From contig MU004244.1 in the NCBI GenBank assembly GCA_010405405.1, positions 995,895 through 1,059,894 of the forward strand: DNA of 64,000 nt. The letters run 5' to 3'. Position 1 is the stretch's first letter; each line of letters opens with the position of its first letter. Origin of the DNA: Microthyrium microscopicum. Taxonomy: Eukaryota. This document shows, piece after piece, positions 14,210-27,564 of the stretch. The position numbers and the translations under genes are program-made. The notes under the pieces are model-generated. The model did no database searches. It was not told the DNA's origin and saw nothing but the letters and a program-made list of their open reading frames with translations.

Positions 14210-15186
14210 GACTGCCGGTGCAATGATATTGGCTAGGGGTTGATGTCAATTACTTTTCGAAGTCTTTGGAGATTCAATTGCCCCTCTGATGCTGTACAAG
14301 GAATAAATAATGATGGATGTTGTGTTGAACTTGACTGAAGCAACTGCTGCGAGGAGCTACTTGGGGTAACGATGCATAGAACCAATTGATTAATCTGGTG
14401 AATATGAAGCTAGGAAATAACTTACGAGGAGCGAAAGCTAGGAATTAGAGACCAAATAGCAGCTACGTACGATATACCTGGCTGGGCAGATGTTCGGTTA
14501 CTGTTAATTCCAATTGATCCGTGGACTAGGTACCAGTCGTTGAAGATGCTGGGTAGCGGCAAGACGAAAAGTCAAAGTTGTGGAAGCAATCGTTTTCTTT
14601 TGGTCATGGAGATGACAGTAACGCAAATGCCATTAGTATTTGGCGGTTGTGCATCAGGCTGATAGTTATTGAGGCGATGTAAAAGGTTTGGAGGAGCAGT
14701 CAAAAAGAAGGAGGATATGGAGGATGGCCAACCCCAGAGCCTCAGCTATATGGCCCCTGTCTGGTAGCTCTTGCCTGCAGCTTCAGTAGTCGCTGCCAGC
14801 TGGGGAAAGAGCAGAAGTGCATGGGACTCTGACCACCTAAGGCCTTGGGATCTTAATCCAAACCCTCATCTCTCAACTTCAACCTCTTTCATGATTCCAT
14901 CTCTTCTCCTACAACCTACTATCTTAAATTGTTATCTCCGCCTCTATCCTCTACCTCTTAGCCGCACTTTGCTATTTTCTGGTTGATACAGAACCAGCCT
15001 CCCAGGCCACCAGCCCACTAGTGCTCTGCAGCTCAACGTCACTTGGTCCCCATAACCAGTAGTACGTAGAGAGTCCATACAAACTACCATCTGTAGTCTA
15101 CCATCTTCTTCATCTAACAATATATCAAAAATCCAGCTCCATCCATTTCCCCGCCCCGCGCAAACTTTACTTCCACATCCGCAATC

Positions 15187-17500
15187 ATGCCTATCCCAAA
15201 CACAGATCTCAAGAAGCTCTACCCGCTTCCCAAGCTCTACAACTCGGACATAGCTACCACCGAAGTCACCGACCAGAAGGCTGTAGCAGGCGAAACAGTC
15301 CCTAGACGTAATCACAAGACACCCAAAGAGCTCAAATGGCAACCCGCTCCAGAAATTTCTACTGTTCACGATATCATGCGCTATGCCTCCAAGAAATTCG
15401 GCAACGCCAAGGCTCTCGGCTCTCGCAAGCTCATCAAGATGCATAACGACTCCAAAATGGTCAAAAAGGTCATTGATGGCAAGGAGACCGAAGTCGAGAA
15501 GAAGTGGCAGTACTTTGAGCTTGGTCCTTATACACATATCAGCTTCGTAGAGTTTGAAAAGCTTGCTCTTCAGGTTGGTGCCGGTTTGAGAAAGCTTGGC
15601 TTAGAGCCTGGCGACAAACTTCATCTCTTTGCCGCGACACAGTATGCTTCCTAAACATGATTTGTATTCATCTAACGGTTTCTAGTCCTCATTGGCTAGC
15701 TTCAGCGCATGCGGCTATGTCTCAGTCGATTCCGATCGTTACCGCCTATGACACACTCGGAGAAGAAGCCGTTACACACTCTATGCTTCAAACTAACGCC
15801 AAAGCCATCTACCTGGACCCACATCTACTCAAGACTCTCATCAACCCGTTGAAAAAGGCCAAAGATATCACCAAAGTCATTTACAACACTTCGGATCCTG
15901 TCAAAGAAGAGGACATCGCGGCTCTTAAAGAAGCCCATCCACACTTGGAAATTCTAAGCTTCGAAGACGTCCGAAAACTGGGCGAGGAGAATCCAATCGA
16001 CACTGTTCCGCCAAAAGCCGATGATTTGGCCTGCATCATGTATACTTCCGGTTCGACGGGTACTCCCAAAGGTGTCAAGATTACCCACAAGAACATAGTG
16101 GCATCAGGTATTTAGTTTCGCCTACTTGTATTCTCGTCATCGCTAATTTGTTTGCTTAGTATGCGGTATCTGCGTTATTGTCGGAGTTTACCTTGGACCA
16201 GGCGATGGTCTACTTGCCTATCTCCCACTGGCACATATCCTAGAATTCGTCTTCGAGAACACTGTCATGTTTGTAGGTGGAACTCTGGGCTATGGCAACT
16301 TTCGCACGCTGTCGGACACCAACTGCCGTAACTGTGTTGGTGACATCAAGGAGTTCAAACCAACCATCCTTGTTGGTGTCCCTGCAGTCTGGGAGCAAGT
16401 CAAGAAAGGTATCATCACCAAGGTTCAGGGCGGCAGCGCCATTACCAAGAGCATGTTCTGGGGCGCAATGTCTACCAAGGAATTCCTTCTCGGTAGAGGG
16501 CTCCCTGGTGTTGGAATCATTGATTCAATCGTTTTCAGCAAGGTTCGAGAAGCCACTGGTGGAAAACTACGTATTGCGTTCAACGGCGGTGGACCTATTT
16601 CCAAAGAAACCCTCAAGTTCATCTCGATGGCCATTTGTCCTCTTATTAGCGGGTATGGTTTGACCGAGACTGTTGCTGCTGGAGCCATTCAAGATCCTTT
16701 GAAATGGTACCCAGATGCACTTGGTGAGGTTCCCGGATCTGTGGAAATGAAACTTGTCGATTATGAAGATGCTGGATACAAGTCTACCAACAACCCGCCC
16801 CAAGGTGAAATCTGGATTCGCGGCCATTCCATCACTCAAGGTTACTTGGACAATGAAGAGGAAACTAAAGCAGCTTACACTGATGATGGATGGTTCAAAA
16901 CCGGTGATATTGGCGAATGGGACAAGAATGGTCAGATCAAGATTATTGACCGCAAGAAGAATCTGGTCAAGACCGTCAACGGCGAATACATTGCTCTAGA
17001 GAAGGTATGCGCTTACCCCGTCAAACTCGTAAGCCACAGAACAGTACGGCTAACATATACCATAGCTTGAATCAGTCTACCGCTCAGATTCAGTCGTGGC
17101 GAATATTTGCGTCTACGCTGATCAGAGCAAGTCCAAGCCAATTGCAATCATTTTCCCAGCTGAGCCTGCACTCAAAAAGATGGCCCAGGAAAATGGCATC
17201 TCGGGCGATCATCTCGAAGAGCTTATTCATGACGCGAAGTTGCAGAATCTTGTTCACAATGCGCTTTTGGCTACTGGCCGTAAGGGTGGGCTGAAGGGTA
17301 TTGAACTCATCGATGGAGTTGTACTCGCCGATGAAGAATGGACACCGCAAAACGTAAGACTCCTCATCATTCTCTTACCTGGATCTATTGCTAATCATAC
17401 ACAGGGCTTCACTACTTCAGCACAGAAATTGAACCGAAAGAAGATCCTAGAACACTACAAGAAGGAAGTCGATGCCGCCTACAAAAAGGCTGGTCAATAA
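15187..17500 (+). CDS. FAA1: Long-chain fatty acid-CoA ligase (Faa1/FaaA-like)
   Basis: AMP-binding motif [13 protein letters not shown], plus [16 protein letters not shown] and GWFKTGDIG...[10 protein letters not shown]...GEYIALEK. Four canonical introns. Confidence 0.95.
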
Positions 17501-18183
17501 AGAAAAGCATGCTCTATTAGTTTTTGCTTATTCCTATTGAAGAGATTTACATATTTCTCGTTGACATTGTGTGTTTGTTCATGTTTTCTTAGTTCTATAT
17601 CTCCCCCCTCGTGTACTAGTTTGGATGCCTGGCATGTGCTTGGTGGGCGTGTGCGTGGTGTCTTGGAGTACTTCGTTTTCAACAGAGCTCCAGATGGCAT
17701 TGTGGCTTAGTTCTGATGCCGTTGGACTATTGAAAAGTCTTTCATTCCTGTGGAGTAGTGGTTTGGGTGGTTCTCGCTTCCTAGCTTGGCAGAGGATGGA
17801 GGGTCTGCGCAGATTGGTATTATGTGATATGATTGTACAAGTTTGGGTCGTCTACTTGGTAGTTATCGTAAATTCAAGGCTTTAATCATTGTAATCCATT
17901 CCTCCTCTACTGTTCTACTCGATCCTATTACCTTCCTCGCCATCTTTAACCTGCCTGACCTCCTCTCATCCAGGGCGAGCAGAGCCTCAAGAGATAGAGT
18001 ATCTCAACCTACACGACGATCGAAAAGTCAACACCAAAACCAAGCTTCTGAAAAGCCAATAACCTTCCAACTCTAACAATTGCCGCTAGTTCCTCGCCAC
18101 AAGAAAATACATCTCCTTCCCTAGGAACATACCTATCAACCGAGATATTCACCCACCACAGACAGGAAATAAGATCAAAAACA

Positions 18184-18570
18184 TACCAATCTCCGTCCAC
18201 ACCACATCCGTGCCTCAGAGTAAACCCCAGAACAAGAAAAGGGCGAGCCGCAAGGGCCCGGCATGGCTGGTGCGGCAAAAGTAATATATTCACATCAACT
18301 AGCTTGCTTTGCCCTTGCATGACCATCAGGCTCGCTACCGTAATGAACCTTGCCTACGGAGTCCGGGCGGAAAGAAAATGTACACTCACTAGTAGTACTT
18401 AGTGATCACGAACGCCGGTTTGTGCTACAGACGGTTTTGCTGAGGAGATACACAACTTCCAGACGGTTCAGAGCTTCGTGAATGCCGAGGGTGGAACAAT
18501 GTTCCTCCCAACGCGTGGTTGGCAGTGTTATGGGGACGCGGTGAAGCTGAAGAGGAGGCACGGAATGGTT
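18184..18570 (-). ncRNA. Candidate structured non-coding RNA (unassigned family)
   Basis: TATATATAA at 18633-18625 (minus) followed by a CT-rich tract. A 10-bp end-closing stem (18207-18216/18555-18564) encloses several nested stems. No credible ORF. Confidence 0.5.
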
Positions 18571-19564
18571 AATGAGCTACCCGTAACCGTGCGAGTGTGC
18601 GAGGGTAGAGAGGGTCTCCATGGGTTATATATACTGGTACTGAAGCTTCTAGAAACAATGGTGTATCTAACAGGGGACTAGCGATGCGCACAGTGTACAC
18701 TTGGGAGGGATGGTTAAGTAATATTATAGAACTGTTATGTTCCGCTTTCTATTCGCTGCTTGATGCTAGTTCTAAATGCTCCAAGTAGCAAGTGCTACTT
18801 CCGCACATCATTGGCAATCATACATTACTAGACTGCTCGCGATCGTCGTTGGCTCAATTCTGTTCTGTGCGACCACACTTTCACAGACGCCGTTGCAGAC
18901 AATTGTGTGCGACGAGCGTTGAGGCCGTATGCTCCGTGAATGAAGACGATATTTTGCAAGTAAAAGACGGACCAGATGAGTGTCTGTGAGCTCGGAGAAC
19001 AACGGGATATCAGAACGAGCGTGCAGGCTGGCCATGTGCAGTGAGTGAACTCTTCCCATTCCTATTTTTGTCTCGTCGACACAGGAAAAAAGGGGTGCAG
19101 TGTCAATATCGCTAGCAGAGTTTTCTGATAGTGTTGTTCGCAACACTTTCTAGGATGTGCCACACGGATTTGGTGTGACGGGACAGTTTGCGTTCCTCCG
19201 GCGCAAAAGTGAAGATTTGAATTGCGTTATCAACCTGGTTCGTAATATAATGTTACGGCGCTTTGGCCAGGAGATATGACATGGGAATGACATGACGCCT
19301 TGTATGCCATCGAGATACGAGAAGGAATTTTTGAATTTTTGGGGTGCTACCCGGTAGAAGGAGCCGAATGCGTTACGCGAGTTGGTGGATTGATGTATTG
19401 TGATCACCTGGTTTATATCATGAGGCGAACTACTCAAGTGCTCTGGCTGGGGATTTCCTCGTTTTATGTCGTTATCAAGGTCTGTGTGATAAAGGTGTGC
19501 TGCATATAACGAGCACATTCTTCATTACTTTCGCCTTTACAGAATTTGCGGTCCTGGAAACAGA

Positions 19565-20288
19565 TCATAGTTGAGTAGTGTCGTAGCCAGGCTTGTTGAC
19601 GGTGAGCATGTCCGCTGTCGACGATCGCTTGCTCGCCTTTCCTTGTGGTGCTTTTCCCTGCGGCGAGCCGTCAATCTCCGCTTTGTAGGGGTTTGTGGTG
19701 ACTGTGGTGGTTGACTTTCCCATGAAGGGTTCTTTGCTTTCGCTGACATGAACTTCTCCTGTGCTCTTGTCTTCCACGCGTTCATAGAATTTAGAAGTAT
19801 CGCTTTGGAAGCTGGATTGGAACTGAATCCTCTTCTCATTCGTCATTGTGTAATACGTTTGTTGAGTACAGGTAATGTTGAAGGATGAAGACCTTGCAAG
19901 ATCTAGGTTGGCTTAAGACTGCCATGTGAAGTCGATCACCCAGTGTCGTCATCAACTTCCATGTGGTGGCGCCAGAAACCTTGCTTCGCCTGTCCATTTT
20001 AGGAAGTATGTTGCATATCAGGAGTATGAGGAGTAAGGTACATCGTACTATGACTTCAAGAGCCTCATGAACTAATAAAAGAAAACCATTGAATTCTGCA
20101 AATATAAGATAAAAAGATATCGATCGTGTACGGAGAATCCAGCTCCGTTCACCTGTATCAGCCAGGATATTCGCAATAGACACAAAATCCAAAGCCATGG
20201 ATACAACTGCTATAAGCAACCACGAACTACTGATAAAGTATACAAGTACGACATTTTGACGGTCTGTGGTCCAGAAAATTTCTGGTAC
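19565..20288 (-). CDS. Possible 3' exons of a hypothetical membrane protein (may be degenerate)
   Basis: Hydrophobic segments (VVLVYFISSSWLLIAVVSMALDFV; VIVRCTLLLILLICNIL), intron-like signals and a charged C-terminal ORF at 19846-19565. No clean full model was found. Confidence 0.3.
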
Positions 20289-23200
20289 CTGCAGTACACG
20301 ACGAGTCCTGGTCGTCGATCAATTAATGTCTACCTTATTTCCAAATCTAACCAATTTCAAGCCTCTATGTAGAGGCGTGTGGGTGCAATTTTCTCTCCAT
20401 GGCATTGCCTGATTTGCCACTATTTCAGGTGTTTCCGTGCCAGAATAGGAAATGGTACTCATCATCATCTTGGCAAATTGTTTGTGCGTGTGGTATCGTG
20501 AAGTTCTACCAGGTAGCCATGAGTGAGCTGTGGTCGCTCTGCAGAAGTGCGTTGATAGATCGCGATGCGATATGAACTAATGGCATTGCGAGCTTTGGAT
20601 GCGTGCGTATGCGGATGACACGTTTAGTACCATGTATAAACTGGAAAGGAACGGTTTTGTGTGAAGCTTGCGTCTTTGACTATGGTTTTTTTGTGCGCTC
20701 AAATAGTGAAGAAATACCTAGTGTCCAAAGTCTCAGATAGTCATATAGAACAGTTACCTAAGCTTGAAATGTATTATCTTCTAGATTCGTCATTTCTTTC
20801 CTCGTTGGATGAGGCACATCTTAGCATCAAGTCCTGTACTTGGATATGTTTATGAAAGTGAAGGATCCAGTGGAAGATAACACAGACCACTGGAAATATT
20901 GACACCAATTTACCCGGCAAGCCATTCCGGATTGGGCGGGAAAGGAGCCTATTTTGTAGCAATTACCTTACCAAAATATCAACATGCCCGTGTCGAATCA
21001 CTCTTACAAGGTCCCATTGAAGAAATGGTCTGCTTAGAGAGTCAGACTACCTGGGTTATTGACAAATGATATAGTCCTCACGACTGATGTCTGGAAACGA
21101 GCGCATCAGACTGATGACTTGCATGGCCTGTGATGATAGATTAGATTGAGTCAACATATACGCCAATGGTGGCAAGAACTGTGAAAGGGCGAAAAAATCA
21201 TTGCTCCAGGTAGATCATCGTTGATCATATGAGAAACGTAAAACATTTACTGAAGGCAGGATCCTAGATGTCGACCAGTTATCAGCAATTCTAGGTGTCT
21301 TCTTTGAATAGTTTGAAGAGCATGCCATATCCGTTTCGAGCTCTCTGGATCTTTGACCAACAAGAGGTCGAGGGTATAATCCATGGCCAGGGTACGATCA
21401 GATCGAAGATAGTCCCAATTTATGCTCTGGAGGGCGGGGCTGCCACGAGGTAAGCAATAGCTTTCCCCAGACTGATTGTCGTTTTGAAACGAAAGCGATG
21501 GATGCGGGTGATGAGCTGGGCAAATCAGCACCATAGGACTCGAGTGGCGCTGTAAACATATGAAACCAACTAGGCGAGTGCTCGTCCGGGTATACAGCTT
21601 AATTGGTAACTGACAGCCCTCGCAGAAATCATAAATAGTGAGGGATGGGGTAAGTTTGGCACATGTCACAGTACAAGAAGTAAAGCCCGCATGCAGGGCA
21701 TGGCCCAGGTACAAATACTCGTGGCGCATCTGTAGATCTGTTGGCAACCTACCACGGCACTGGTGAAACACTTTCTCTAGGATGCGTGGTCGGTTTGAAC
21801 TGGCTGGAGATTGTTTGATGGTAAGGTGTACACTCTCGAAGGTCACGAGCCTTGTCGGGCCGCTGGCAAGGCTGAAGTTTTTATACTGGGAATGGCAAAG
21901 ACGCGAGAAAAAGATGTCGTAAGCAGTATGATGTGTTGCATGATGCTGTAAATTGAAGATGCTGATTTCCAGAAGCGGTGGTGGTGATCTAGACCTAGTA
22001 TCTGGAGTGGTGGGTTTATCCATGTTACAGACTGGGGCATGCACAAGGCTTCCTGGGTATAGCTGATGGATGTTATTCCTTCTGTCCGTGTGGGAAGCAC
22101 ATCAGCTTCTTTGGATATAGTGGTCCCAAGACATTGATGCCTGCACTTGATGGGCGCATGGGTAGTAGGGTCGAGTCGCAGTGTTGCTGGTTAATAGAGC
22201 CGACGCGTTAAGAGGTGGAAGGAAGAGAGAAAGAATAGAACATTGATAAGTCAAGCTTGTTAAGGAGATAATAAACTAAAGGATAGTACATAAAGCACAT
22301 AATGAAATCCTTTTGAGGGTTGGTAATGGTAGAAGAACATAGGATAGAAGTTAGGTTGGAGAAGGTTGATAACCCTTTTAAGCGAGTAACAGCCCAGCCA
22401 AAAGAAATTATATGGCGTGTATGGTAACGGCTAACAACGGCAACGATACGGAGGTAATAAACAGGCTATAAAAATCTTGCAAACTTGTCAAAGCATCAAA
22501 TGAGCGCGGTCATACTGAACTTCTGATTTGTTATGAACGCCGTAAGCTTATTGTATCAGCCTTCTTTGGTGTTTACCCCGACGGTCCATATCTTCATATC
22601 GCTGGCTTGGAGTTGTAAGCACCTCAGATGTTCAAAGGGTATATCATGCAGGTTTAAGTGTTTATTGTCGTCCAACTACTAGTACTTTCTTCAACATTTG
22701 ATGCAATGCAATCTAGTGTTTGGTGTAACCTTGCACTGGTAAAGTCTGGTATAGGCTCAAAGCTTCAAAAGCAGCACCTACCATTTACCATTACCATTTA
22801 CCGCCAATATCTCGTATCATACATGGCATCTATCGTGTAGTGAGCCCGTTCCCTGGGGTTTTGTTCTACTTGTCAATGTCACACTCTATCCGCTTTCCAT
22901 CTTTCTAACCACTCCAGACATTCTGTACTACCTATTAATTGGCCCAGTCACAGCGCCATCTTGAACTGTCTTACTCTACCTAGGGTAATCCTCTTGGATC
23001 TAGTCTCCTCTGTACATTAGACCCATCTAGCGTATTCTCTCCAAGACTCAAACTACTTGCTGGTCGGTTGATCGCTCAGAGCATGTTAGCATCTCAGCAA
23101 TTCCAGGTATTATCCCGGCTCTAATTCACCTATCCGCCGCTCCCCCAGACTCTCGCTCTCATCAAAATGTGCATCCACGCATCCATTATTATCTGCCGTT

Positions 23201-23710
23201 GCTCATCCGTCCCTGCATCCCACATCCCTTCCCTTCTTCAAGGTTGAAGGAACCCAAAGGAACCATCAAGGGCTGTCGCTGTCGCCTGCATGATTTCTGC
23301 ACCCTCTGCACCCACCACCCGCATGTTCAAAGCACCCTTTCTACTGCCGTACTCTGACTTTGTTACTACTGTGGCGTCTTGGTTTTGCTCTTGAGTCTTA
23401 GCTTCTTTGCCGGTCTTGTTTCCATTTCCAGACCTTCTCCAGACCCTCTCTATCCCCACATTTTGCTAGCTACCAGTGTCATCTCTCCGCCTGGCTTGAC
23501 TTTCAACGCCCGAGTCCGCTTCAGCTCACCCTCATATTTCCAGAAACTCTACTCCCACTTGCCAACCCTCCCGCCACTTTTTCTCTCTATTCCTGCCTCC
23601 ACCTGTTTTTACTCCACCATTTCCCCTGGCACTCAACCACCACCCGCCGCTTACCGCAGTGTCTCGTCAGTTCTCCACGCTGGACTGCTCCCGAAAGTTC
23701 TGCGCCCGCC

Positions 23711-26700
23711 ATGAGTGAAAGCGCATTCATGTCTGTGTCAGCAGACACCCCGCCGGCTAATTCTGCTGCTGCTGCTGCACAACATGCTGCGAACGCGGCG
23801 AATCCATCACATCCGAGTTTTCGCAGGTAAAACCCCTCTGAAAATCATCTATATTGAAACCACAAAAAAACTGACCGGGGCCTTGCATACAAGTAGGCAA
23901 CGAGCTTCAAGAGCCTGCGAGGTATGTTCAAACTCCATCTGCGCCTGCCTCGGCACCGAGGTCGTGCAAGAGAAAACAAGTGGGCTAACTCAACTTCAAT
24001 CCTTTAGACATGCCATGCACGAAAAGTATGCCACCCCATCCAATCCATCGCTCCAAGACTTGTCCACTCACCGTTCTTTTAGGTTCGCTGTGATGCCGCC
24101 TCTCTGGGCGTGCCATGCACGAATTGCACTGCTTTTGGTATCGAATGTCGAATCCCCACACCAAAACGCAAAAAGGCCCAGTCAAAAGCCAAAGATGGCG
24201 AGGAGTAAGTCTACGCAATGCAATGCTGCCCACTACGCGTGCTGACGGATCTTGTCTACAGTGAACAGTCCCGATCGCCTGGTACCGCCACCGAATCACC
24301 CTCTGAACTGACTCCCCGCGAGGCAGCGACTTCTATGTTTGGTCAGCTCGATGGCACGCCAACAGCCTCCATGTCAGAGGCCTATGCAACGCATCAATCA
24401 ACTCATAATGGTACATTGACACAGTTCATGAAGCCCAAGTTTGCTCGAGCTCCGATTAAAGAAGCTGGACGAGTGGCATACCTAGGCGAATCCTCCAATC
24501 TCTCGCTCCTCGTACATGATCGATATGGCGCGTCAGACGTCGTCCATTATCCATTACCAGAAAATGTTCGAGGAGCAAAGGCAAGAGTGAATGAGCTTGA
24601 TAACATGGAGATTGAGATTCTTCATCAAAGAGGAGCTTTCTTATTACCCCCACGAGCTTTATGTGACGAGCTTGTTGAGGCGTACTTCAAATGGGTCGCT
24701 CCTGTTGTCCCAGTCATCAACCGCAGTCGATTTATGCGACAGTATCGAGATCCAAAGAACCCTCCGTCACTTCTACTATTGCAAGCTATTCTCCTTGCAG
24801 GCTCTCGTGTCTGTATGAATCCACAATTGATGGACTCAAGTGGATCAACGACTCCAGCTGCAATGACATTCTACAAGCGAGCCAAGGCGTTGTTTGATGC
24901 CAATTACGAAGATGATCGTGTTACCATTGTTCAAGCCTTGCTTTTACTGGCCTGGTATTGGGAAGGACCAGAGGGTGAGTGTTTTGAAACCTAAATCGGA
25001 TCTGCACGTGTGCTGACTTTATGGTTCCAGATGTAACGAAAAATGTTTTCTACTGGACACGAGTGGCAATCGTAGTGGCACAAGGCTCGGGCATGCATAG
25101 AAGGTCGGTTTCGAAACAATCGTGATTAAGTCAAGCACTAACAACCTCGCAGCGTGGAAGGTTCGCAATTAAGCAGATCTGACAAACGACTCTGGAAACG
25201 AATCTGGTGGACGTTATTTTCGCGTGATCGATCTGTCGCTGTTGCTCTTGGTCGTCCAGTGGGCATCAACCCGGAAGACACCGATGTCGAGATGATCCAT
25301 GAAGACGATTTCATAGAAGATGAGCCGGACCGACAAGCGGAGTTCCCGCCTGATCCCATTCACGTTCGTTTTTTTATCAGCTATGTTAAGCTATGCGAAA
25401 TTATGGGATTGGTCTTGTCGCAACAATATTCTGTCGCATCAAAGCTGCAACGAACCAATGCTATGGATCTTACCCATAGTGATATGGCATTGGCAGATTG
25501 GTTTCAGCATTGCCCGAAAGAGGTTTCTTATGACAAAAACAATCACAACTTCTGGGCCGCGCTATTGCATTCGAATTACTAGTATGTTCAGTTTTTGTTC
25601 CCGAAAACACCTTGCTAACTTTACAAGCACAACGCTATGCTTACTTCATCGCGCACATATGCCACCAGCAGGATCACCACGGACTACGGCAAACGAAGAG
25701 GCTGCTTACCCCTCAAGAAACATTGCATATCAAGCTGCAGGCATGATCACATCCATTGTTGAAAACCTGCAAAATCACGGCGAACTGCGTTATACCCCGG
25801 CATTCATTGTCTATAGTCTCTTCTCGGCACTTATTATGCATGTCTATCAAATGCGCTCATCCAACAAGATCGTTGTTGCTCAGACTGAACAACGATTACA
25901 GGTCTGCATGATTGCGTTGAAAGAGGTATCAAAGGTGTGGCTTGTCGCCAAAATGGTGCACACTCTTTTCGAATCAATTCTCGGAAACAAATCATTAGAA
26001 GAGCGTCTTCAAAAGGCTGCCGGCAAACGACATAAGAAACCACACCCAATAAACGTCAAAACACAGCGAGAAGAGGCACAAAAGCGCAAGTTTGACGAAA
26101 TGGACTTGAACTTTACCAATGGCCCTCCCGCTCCACCAGTATCTTACGAACGATCCAGACCCCAAACACCAGCTCTGACACCTTCTCAGGATACTTCGCA
26201 ACCGCAAACAAATGGTAATCATCTTGTGCCACATTCTCCTCAAATGGCACGACAACAACTGGGAGATGGTTTCCCGACTGGCCAGTCGCGCGGTAACACC
26301 CGCCCAACCACGCCGTTCAATGCAAACTTTTCATACCCAGGGACACCGCCAGAGCTTTTCCTAGTGACCCGGAATTCGCCTAACATCCCGTCAGATCTAT
26401 GGCAGAATTTCCAACCGGATCAGCTATTTCCCGCAGAAACAAACCTCAGCGTGCCGTTCGTGAGCCTGTCCCCAATCCAGCAGCAAACTCTGGTAGACCC
26501 TCAACTATCAGGTGGTCCACAGCAGTCGATGATGCAGGCGACGGGTACTTCAATGAACATGCAACCCAACGGCATGATGACTACGACATTAGGCCATGAA
26601 CCAAATGCCTGGGCGCACATGGATGGATCGAATCAACAGAACAGTACTAATGACGATTCGTGGAGCAACAGTAGTAAAGGTGGTGGACCCATAGTACCAC

Positions 26701-26819
26701 AAACTCTCAATGTCGAGGACTGGTAAAGAATCTCATCGTCGTTCAAATTCACATTGGCTAATATTTTCAGGTTCAATTTCTTTGGCATTCAGGGTGAAAC
26801 TGGTCTTAGCGGTTTCTAG
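23711..26819 (+). CDS. farA: Zn2Cys6 transcription factor FarA / cutinase transcription factor 1 alpha
   Basis: Spliced zinc cluster HPSFRRQRASRACE|TCHARK|VRCDAASLGVPCTNCTAFGIEC (microexons 23897-23921 and 24008-24025). FARAPIKEAGRVAYLGESSNL, a fungal TF domain (KRIWWTLFSRDRSVAVALGRP) and C-terminal LNVEDWFNFFG. Confidence 0.92.
23948..23961. promoter_or_regulatory. Inverted pair of FarA/FarB core motifs (CCTCGG-CA-CCGAGG) in farA intron 2
   Basis: Exact sequence lies in intron 23922-24007. CCTCGG is the established FarA/FarB core element. Confidence 0.45.
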
Positions 26820-27284
26820 AGTCACCGTGACTCCAGTTCATTCCCCACGCCTAACAGAGCGATTTCACTATCCTCAATCATACGACATGATTTCGATGTT
26901 ATGGTCTTGAGGCTATATTCTCTATCCATCATACGTTTGTTCGCCATCTTGCGAGATTGGCAACTCTGGCGCTTAATTATCCTATTCCATTGGCGTAGGG
27001 AAATATCAATGATAATTGACAAATGTTACGGGCGGCATCAGAATATGACTTTTATTTTGCGTTCTTATGTTCTTCACAACATAAATAATGAAAAATCAGC
27101 GTGGAGTGGTTGAACGGCTTACTGAGGAAGGCAGAATGAGCATGAAGTAGCATCAATTGATCAGTCGATAGTACTTTATATATCAAAATATACTCTACAA
27201 ACTATCCAAAATTCACGACCTCCGAGAAACAAACAATATTCGAAATTTGCAAATAAGAACCAGAAGTGACGTATAAATCCTGAA

Positions 27285-27564
27285 AATCGATCTACCAATG
27301 AACCACCCATCCGTGCATATTTTCATAAAACGAACGACACCACGTTTTGGGAACGTTTCCAGGTACCAGGTAAATGTGGCTGAACGGCTTCCCGCAGCGG
27401 GCCGTACCTGCATGATCAGTTTTACCCCAGAAAGATGAGAGAACGAACGGCATGCATCTATCCACTTGTTTGAGATGCTTGGTAAAAAGACCGAGGCGGC
27501 CGAGGCGTTGGGATGCGCCTCGGTGCGTTGGTGAGTTTGACCGGGTTCCGGTTAGCGATCGATT
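27285..27564 (-). ncRNA. Second candidate structured non-coding RNA (unassigned family)
   Basis: Lies between convergent farA and histidine kinase genes. TATA-like element at 27685-27691 with a C/A/T-rich leader on the minus strand. Closing stem 27285-27292/27557-27564 encloses four hairpins. Confidence 0.45.

Noticed and set aside
18205..18570. Assignment of locus A to RNase MRP, snR30 or an HDV-like ribozyme
   Set aside because: The 3' GGGGTTTACTC resembles MRP CR-V but no GAAAGUCCCC partner is present. An ATGTTCCTA near 18125 lacks the snR30 AAACCAU motif. HDV P1 and L3 do not fit.
21247..22044. 265-aa minus-strand ORF
   Set aside because: No recognisable motif and no convincing splice model; a lineage-specific gene cannot be excluded.
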